A DNA stretch of 64,000 nucleotides, taken from an uncultured Gemmatimonadales bacterium (lineage in GTDB: Bacteria > Gemmatimonadota > Gemmatimonadetes > Longimicrobiales > RSA9). Location: the NCBI GenBank assembly GCA_963798845.1, contig CAWCUS010000003.1, positions 32,001-96,000 on the forward strand. Direction: 5' to 3'. The translations under genes and the position numbers were made by a program. The notes under the pieces are model-generated. The model did no database searches and had not been told where the DNA came from. It saw nothing but the letters and a program-made list of their open reading frames with translations. How positions within the stretch are numbered: position 1 is the stretch's first letter; the number at the start of each line of letters is the position of its first letter. Below are positions 58,994-64,000 of the stretch, in pieces.

Positions 58994-59305
58994 CCCTCTG
59001 CGAGCCCGAAGGCCCGAGCCCCCCTGCGAGGCCGAATGGCCGAGCCCCTCTGCGAGGCCGATGGCCGAGCCCCCCTGCGAGGCCGAATGGCCGAGCCCCC
59101 TGCGAGGCCGAATGGCCGAGCCCCTCTGCGAGGCCCAATGGCCGAGCCCCTCTGCGAGGCCGAATGGCCGAGCCCCTCTGCGAGGCCGAATGGCCGAGCC
59201 CCTCTGCGAGGCCGAATGGCCGAGCCCCTCTGCGAGGCCGAATGGCCGAGCCCCTCTGCGAGGCCGAATGGCCGAGCCCCTCTGCGAGGCCGTCAGGCCG
59301 AGCCC
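58994..59305. repeat. Tandem repeat, about 12 x 26 bp (GCCGAGCCCCTCTGCGAGGCCGAATG)
   Basis: Twelve CTGCGAG cores at 25-26 nt spacing with no spacers. Each unit junction carries the palindrome GGCC-GAAT-GGCC. Confidence 0.95.
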
Positions 59306-59745
59306 TTGAACAACTCCGTCAAATCCAGCGATTCCACCCGCGTCCGCGATGCCAACGACACGTATTCCACCGCCAGCGCCTCCTTCCCGGCGCCGAGCAC
59401 GGTGCTCACCAGACCGAACGCCTCCGGATACTCCGACGGCTCCAGCGCTTCCACCACCCGGCGCCACAGGACTTCCTCGAACACATTGAACGCGGCGTGC
59501 ACTTCCTGCAGACCGTAGCCCGCCGCGTGTCTGGCTCGCGCTACCGCCTGCGCGTGCCCGACCATCGGCACGAGCGTCCGGTCCCGCATGCATTCCGCCG
59601 CCAGCTCGTGCAGACGCGCGATCCGCTCCCGCCGCTCCGTTGCCGTGCTGGACGCGTAGTGCTTCAGCTCCGGACGGCCCAGCCCCCGCACCGCTTCGTC
59701 GAGAATTTCCTCTCGCTCCTCCGCCAGCAGCTCCAGCAGCGTCAT
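59293..59745 (-). CDS. Stand-alone RsbRD_N-like (globin-like sensor) protein
   Basis: MTLLELLAEEREEIL...ARARHAAGYGLQEVHAAF pattern; GGAGG upstream. The family call is tentative. Confidence 0.6.
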   Translation of the reverse strand: MTLLELLAEEREEILDEAVRGLGRPELKHYASSTATERRERIARLHELAAECMRDRTLVPMVGHAQAVARARHAAGYGLQEVHAAFNVFEEVLWRRVVEALEPSEYPEAFGLVSTVLGAGKEALAVEYVSLASRTRVESLDLTELFKGSA

Positions 59746-59972
59746 CCCCCGCCTCCGGTCTCGTGGTCCCCTGCCTCCCTCGAAGCTAGACCGCCACTCC
59801 CACCCCGGCGAGTGCTGCCGCGTCGGCGGCGGTCCGCGCGTGTGCGCGGACGATCCATCACCACTGCCGAAACGCCTGTTTTGGGGCACGATTCTTCCCA
59901 CACGTCCCGCCGGCCCGGAACCTGGAGCCGGGCTCCCGAGTGAATACGTGTCAACCTGAATCGAGAAGCATC

Positions 59973-61136
59973 ATGAAACACCCGTATGCAACGGCAGCGC
60001 TCGCTGCGCTCATGGTCTCGAGCATCGCTGCCTGTGACAGCAATCCTTCCGGCCCCGGTAGCACCACCGACGCGCCGTTCACCGTGACCATGCAGTCGCA
60101 GAGCGCGAACGGCGGCTCGGCCATGCTGCGCCTGATGGCGAATGGGCGCGTCGCGCTGGCGAACGTCGAATCGATCACGCTTCCAATCGGAGACGTGGAA
60201 GCGCGGACGGCCGCTGGCGAGTGGGTGAGCGCGGGGACCGTGGACGAGAGCATCGACCTGTTCGGCCTTCCCGCGGACGGTGTCGTGCTACTCGACAGCT
60301 CGCTCCCGGAAGGATCGTACGACGCGCTTCGCTTCTATCTGAGCGGCGATCCGACCATCACCCTCGCCGAGGACGTCACGGTCGGCAGGACGACGTACGC
60401 GGCCGGAACGCACACCCTGGTGATCCCGAGCGCGGACCAGAACGGCATCCGCCTCGCGGCGAGCTTCGACGTGGGACCCGAAGGGCAGGACCTCACCGTC
60501 CTCTTCGACGGCGACCAGACCGTGAACCACGTCACTGCCACCGGCTCCGGGAAGATCATGATCGCCCCCGTACTCGAGGTCCGGAACCAGGAAGGCGAGG
60601 ACGTCGGCGGGATCGATGAAGGCGAAGGCGAGGGTGCCGTCCAGTTCGCGGACTCCGTCGCCTCCACCATCGAGAACGGCCTCACGCTCGCCGACGGCAC
60701 GGTGGTCCTCATCGACGAGGACACCCGGATCGAAGGCGACATCCTGAGCCTCGCCGCCGTCGCCGACGCCCTCGCCAGCGGCGAAGGCGTCTACGCCGAA
60801 GGCGTCGGCTCTTACGACACCGACGGCGCGTCCATCATCGCGAGCACCATCGAGTTGGAGGCCGAGAACGAGCCCGACCACCTCGGCGGTTCCGTGGGTG
60901 AGGTCAATCTCGAGGCGGGCACCTTCACCGTCGTGAACGACTCCGAAACCACCACCGTCGTCATTGCCGACGACACCGAGCTCAGCTTCGAGGACGGCCT
61001 CGCCGATCTCCAGGGCGTCATCGATGCCATCGGCTCCGGCACCACCGTCTACGTCGATGCCGAAGGTGCATTCCAGAGCGACGGCACCTTCGCCGCCAGC
61101 GAGGTCACGTTCAACACGTCCGCCGCGAGCGACTGA
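59973..61136 (+). CDS. Acidic lipoprotein with DUF4382-like and two DUF5666-like domains
   Basis: Lipobox IAAC; IDLFGL...LPEGSYDALRF...IPSADQNGI...VLFDGDQTV..TGSGK.MIAPV; two repeats of the pattern VVID.DT...V.AEG. Confidence 0.75.
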   Translation: MKHPYATAALAALMVSSIAACDSNPSGPGSTTDAPFTVTMQSQSANGGSAMLRLMANGRVALANVESITLPIGDVEARTAAGEWVSAGTVDESIDLFGLPADGVVLLDSSLPEGSYDALRFYLSGDPTITLAEDVTVGRTTYAAGTHTLVIPSADQNGIRLAASFDVGPEGQDLTVLFDGDQTVNHVTATGSGKIMIAPVLEVRNQEGEDVGGIDEGEGEGAVQFADSVASTIENGLTLADGTVVLIDEDTRIEGDILSLAAVADALASGEGVYAEGVGSYDTDGASIIASTIELEAENEPDHLGGSVGEVNLEAGTFTVVNDSETTTVVIADDTELSFEDGLADLQGVIDAIGSGTTVYVDAEGAFQSDGTFAASEVTFNTSAASD

Positions 61137-61149
61137 ACGGAGGCGGGAT

Positions 61150-61196
61150 GAAAAGAGAACCCCCGGCGCCGGATAAGATCCGTTGCCGGGGGTTCC
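61150..61196 (-). terminator. Intrinsic terminator oriented for a minus-strand transcript
   Basis: Stem GAACCCCCGGC...GCCGGGGGTTC (61157-61195), followed on the minus strand by TCTTTTC. Confidence 0.75.
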
Positions 61197-61440
61197 ATTG
61201 TACTGGCGAGTTCGGGTTTTCTCGTTTCGGTGGCAGTGCGTTTGGCGCACGCCCTCGCCCGTCCTCTTACCCTCTCCGCGCGACCCGCGGTTCAGGTTGC
61301 CCCTTGGCCTGGGGCTCCGACTGCGGCCAGTCACCTCACAGTCGGCTCGTCGGTTCCGAACTCCCAACGAGCGCCCCCGTCGAGCGTCCTCTCGGGAAGC
61401 GACGGAAGAGGCCTCGGTCGCTGGCCTGCTGTCCGCCTGA
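61150..61440 (-). ncRNA. Candidate ~290-nt structured non-coding RNA of unknown family
   Basis: Seven adjacent stem-loops plus a terminator, lying between a promoter-like element and a U-tract; no convincing CDS. Confidence 0.6.
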
Positions 61441-61444
61441 ACAC

Positions 61445-61473
61445 AAGATGCAATCGCGCAACCGCCGATGCAA
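61445..61473 (-). promoter_or_regulatory. Candidate sigma70 promoter of the ncRNA (TTGCAT-N17-CATCTT)
   Basis: The minus strand reads TTGCAT cggcggttgcgcgattg CATCTT, immediately upstream of the hairpin array. Confidence 0.5.
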
Positions 61474-61503
61474 GGATTTCTTTTGTCGCTGTAACTGCAT
61501 TAG

Positions 61504-61695
61504 CACCAACGTCTTACGAAATCAGCATCCACAGATGCGGAAAACCGCGGACAGCCACATCGCCGCATCCGCCCCACCACCAATGACTTCGGAGTTTGTA
61601 ACAGATGTGATCCACACGATTTCTGAAGTTCTCCACTACCAACGACAGGGTTTTCCCCACACGATGCCCCGGATTTCCACAGAGCCGGTGGAAAG
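61504..61695. promoter_or_regulatory. Lower-GC tract with an IHF-like site and a cluster of DnaA-box-like 9-mers
   Basis: CACCAACGTCTTA (61504-61516) matches 11/13 of WATCARNNNNTTR. Box-like 9-mers: GCATCCACA 61525, TTTTCCGCA (minus) 61536-61544, TGATCCACA 61608, TTCTCCACT 61629, TTCCCCACA 61653, ATTTCCACA 61673 and CTTTCCACC (minus) 61687-61695. Confidence 0.45.
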
Positions 61696-61778
61696 ATGCC
61701 CCTTCGCCGCAGCCGCATCTCACCGCTCAGTCCGCGCTTTCCCGTTCCTGGCGCGTCGGGCGGACGGTGCAGAGGCGC

Positions 61779-63230
61779 TCAGCTGCCGAGCCCCTCCTCG
61801 ACGATGGCCTCGCGGGCGATCTGCTCCTCGAGGCGCTCTTCCGCGGAGAGTTCGGGGACGCGCCAGCGCTCGCGAACGAACCAGCCGAGAGCCAGGAGTG
61901 CGCCCATGACGTTGGAGATGGGATAGGCCCACCAGATCCCCTGCTCGCCGAGACCGCCGCGGGAGGAGAGCGTCCAGGCGAGGGGGAAGAGGAAGACCCA
62001 GAGGGAGATGACGGTGATCAGGAGCGCGCTGCCGGTGCGTCCGGCGCCGCGGAGGGAGCCGGTGGTTACCTGCTGGACGCCGAGGAACCCGAAGGAGAGC
62101 GCCATGATGTGGATGAATCGGGTCCCCACCCGCACGACCTCGGGGTCGCCCGGGACGAAAGCGCGGGTAATGGGCGCGGCGAGGAAGAAGAGCAGGATGC
62201 CGGCGGCGGTCATCCCGGTGAACGCCACGGCCATGGCGGTGCGGGCGGTTGCCCGCGCCCGGTCCGGGGCTCGCGCGCCAATGTTCTGGCCGACGAGGGT
62301 GGTTGCGGCCATGGAGAGTCCGAGGGCGGGAATGATGATGAAGCTGAGGATGCGGGTCCCGATGCCGTAGGCCGCGACGACGGTCGTCCCGAAGCCAGTG
62401 ACCAGGAGCATCATGACGGAGAAGCCGAGGCCTCGCGCGGACTGCTCGAGAGAGGAGGGGAGCCCGAGCTTGAAGATGCGTGAGACCAGGGCCAGGTCGG
62501 GCACGAGATCCCGCCGATGGAGGTGAATGCCGAACCGGCCGGTGGTGAGCACGCGGATTCCGACCACCGCCGCGAGGCTCTGGGTCGCGACGGTGGCGAC
62601 GGCCGCCCCTGCCACGCCGAGCTCGGGGAACGGTCCCATCCCCAGGATGAGGACCGGGTCGAGGAAGAAGTTGAGCAGGACGGTGCCCGCGACGATGAAG
62701 AGCGGGGTCCTCACGTCGCCCACGCCCCGCATGAGTGACTGGACGACGAAGTAGAGGAACACTGCAACGAGGCCGAGGAAGGATATGGCGAGGTAGCTGG
62801 TGGCGAGGCGTCCCACTTCGGGGTCGGGAGCGAAGCCCCGCATGATCGGCCCGGAGATGTAGTAGCCGAGGACCGAGAGCCCGATGGACACGGTGCCGAC
62901 GGCCAGAAGCGTCTGCGCGGCGACGTGGTTCACCGCCCGCATGTCGCCGGCCCCGTAGTACTGGGCGACCAGGATCGCCCCGGCGATGGACAGACCTCCG
63001 CCGAGCGAGATGATCACGAACAGAACGGGAAAGCTCACGGAAACGGCGGCCACTGCGGCGGCGCCGAGGCGGCCTACCCAGAACGTGTCGATGAGCTGGT
63101 ACACCGTCTGGAGGACGTTGGCCGCGACGATCGGCACGGCCAGCGCGAGGAGCGCCTTCCAGATCGGCCCCGTGGTCAGGTCACGGCGCCCTCCGCCGCG
63201 GCCGGCTCCCGGCTGCCGCGCGCCCCGCAT
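61779..63230 (-). CDS. MATE-family efflux transporter
   Basis: DLTTGPIWKALLALAVP, DTFWVGRLG, RGVGDVRTP, LNFFLDP and VGQNIGA. Start estimated. Confidence 0.93.
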   Translation of the reverse strand: MRGARQPGAGRGGGRRDLTTGPIWKALLALAVPIVAANVLQTVYQLIDTFWVGRLGAAAVAAVSVSFPVLFVIISLGGGLSIAGAILVAQYYGAGDMRAVNHVAAQTLLAVGTVSIGLSVLGYYISGPIMRGFAPDPEVGRLATSYLAISFLGLVAVFLYFVVQSLMRGVGDVRTPLFIVAGTVLLNFFLDPVLILGMGPFPELGVAGAAVATVATQSLAAVVGIRVLTTGRFGIHLHRRDLVPDLALVSRIFKLGLPSSLEQSARGLGFSVMMLLVTGFGTTVVAAYGIGTRILSFIIIPALGLSMAATTLVGQNIGARAPDRARATARTAMAVAFTGMTAAGILLFFLAAPITRAFVPGDPEVVRVGTRFIHIMALSFGFLGVQQVTTGSLRGAGRTGSALLITVISLWVFLFPLAWTLSSRGGLGEQGIWWAYPISNVMGALLALGWFVRERWRVPELSAEERLEEQIAREAIVEEGLGS

Positions 63231-63550
63231 CCTCCCGGTTCGCGGCCGCCCGCCCGAGCCACGATTCACTCCACCCTCCCGCTCGCGGCGTCGTAGCGGC
63301 CGCGCCCGTGAGCTGCGATAGCTCCCCGGCGTGTCGTGTCTTCCCGGGCGTGCCAGCCCCCAGGGGTGGGCGGGCCGGCCGCCGACGGGCGGCTCCGCGG
63401 CCGCATCTTCGTTGGTGTCCCGGCCTCCCATCGCTGTCGATTTCCGGTTCACGCCAATGCCGCGCCAGGCGGCCCTGGTCCGCCGCCGTGTGCAGGTATC
63501 GCGCCGCGACGCCACCACCGGTTCCCGCGCGCCGGGGTTACTTTTCGGAC

Positions 63551-64000
63551 ATGAGCGAAGCCACCACGGGAATGGGGCCGCGGAAGGCGGGGGGAAGCGG
63601 CGTCGGAGCCGCAGGTGCGGAGCAAGGCCCGGCCGGCGGTGGCAGGGGAGCCTCGGAAGGCCGGCGGCACCGGGTGCCCGTCGCTCGGATCGTGCTGGTG
63701 CTGGCTGGCTGGCTGGCTCTCTGCTGGACGGCGCTCGGCCTTCTGTTCGCACCGGTGGTGCCCGGGGGCTGGACGCTGATGGTGCTCCTCGCGCTCGCGT
63801 CGGCGCTTCCCATCGTGGTGCTGGCCCGGGGATTCGCGAGCAGGGTCTACCCCGGGGCCGGCGTTCGCGTCTGGGTGCTCCGGCCCTTCTGGTACATGCA
63901 GATGGCGCTCCCGCTACTGCTGACCGCCGCCGCCGCGGGCGCGGTGGTGGGCGTGATCGTCGGAGGTCCCGGGCGGGTGGGGCGGGGCTTCGTCCTCCTC
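63551..64000 (+). CDS. Membrane protein, 5' part only (runs off the window)
   Basis: Open frame from ATG 63551 with several hydrophobic segments (IVLVLAGWLALCWTALG...YPGAGVRVWVLRPFWYMQ). The catalytic part, if any, is not visible. Confidence 0.65.
   Translation, partial: MSEATTGMGPRKAGGSGVGAAGAEQGPAGGGRGASEGRRHRVPVARIVLVLAGWLALCWTALGLLFAPVVPGGWTLMVLLALASALPIVVLARGFASRVYPGAGVRVWVLRPFWYMQMALPLLLTAAAAGAVVGVIVGGPGRVGRGFVLL

Noticed and set aside
58994..59305. CRISPR array
   Set aside because: The units are contiguous with no unique spacers, and there are no cas genes in the window.
59036..59518. ORFs with repeating MAEPLCEAEWPSPSARPNGRAPLRGR peptide
   Set aside because: These are translations of the 26-bp repeat cycling through frames, and they overlap a real gene on the opposite strand.
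61148..61909. 253-aa plus-strand ORF and smaller ORFs across the ncRNA region
   Set aside because: Cys/Arg/Ser-rich composition unlike neighbouring genes. It runs through a terminator and overlaps the MATE gene antisense.

Overview
High-GC bacterial chromosomal segment with about 48 supportable CDSs. The gene complement resembles Gemmatimonadota, which is an unverified inference. I found no rRNA, tRNA, transposase, integrase or CRISPR-cas. Main blocks, in order: an NAD-linked two-subunit formate dehydrogenase; envelope enzymes (DUF1460 amidase, L,D-transpeptidase, S41 protease); a translationally coupled pair of an HExxxH (MATCAP/DUF1704-like) peptidase and a GshB-like ATP-grasp ligase; a TreT-like glycosyltransferase; a dipeptidase-DUF2911 fusion; two divergent ClC proteins with different signature motifs; a GNAT coupled to an ATP-grasp/SET-domain fusion; cbiMQO; lhr-nei; two paralogous hexaheme cytochrome c lipoproteins with collagen-like linkers; and an operon for a Na+-translocating methylmalonyl-CoA decarboxylase (mce, CoA-transferase, mmdA/D/C/B). 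Non-coding features include an 18-bp and a 26-bp tandem repeat. At 61150-61700 there is a candidate ~290-nt multi-hairpin ncRNA on the minus strand with its own promoter and terminator, preceded by an IHF-like site and a cluster of DnaA-box-like 9-mers. The best leads for undescribed systems are that ncRNA locus, the ligase/carboxypeptidase pair, the ATP-grasp-SET fusion and the twin cytochromes. All family calls come from recognising motifs by eye. Several start codons are estimates.
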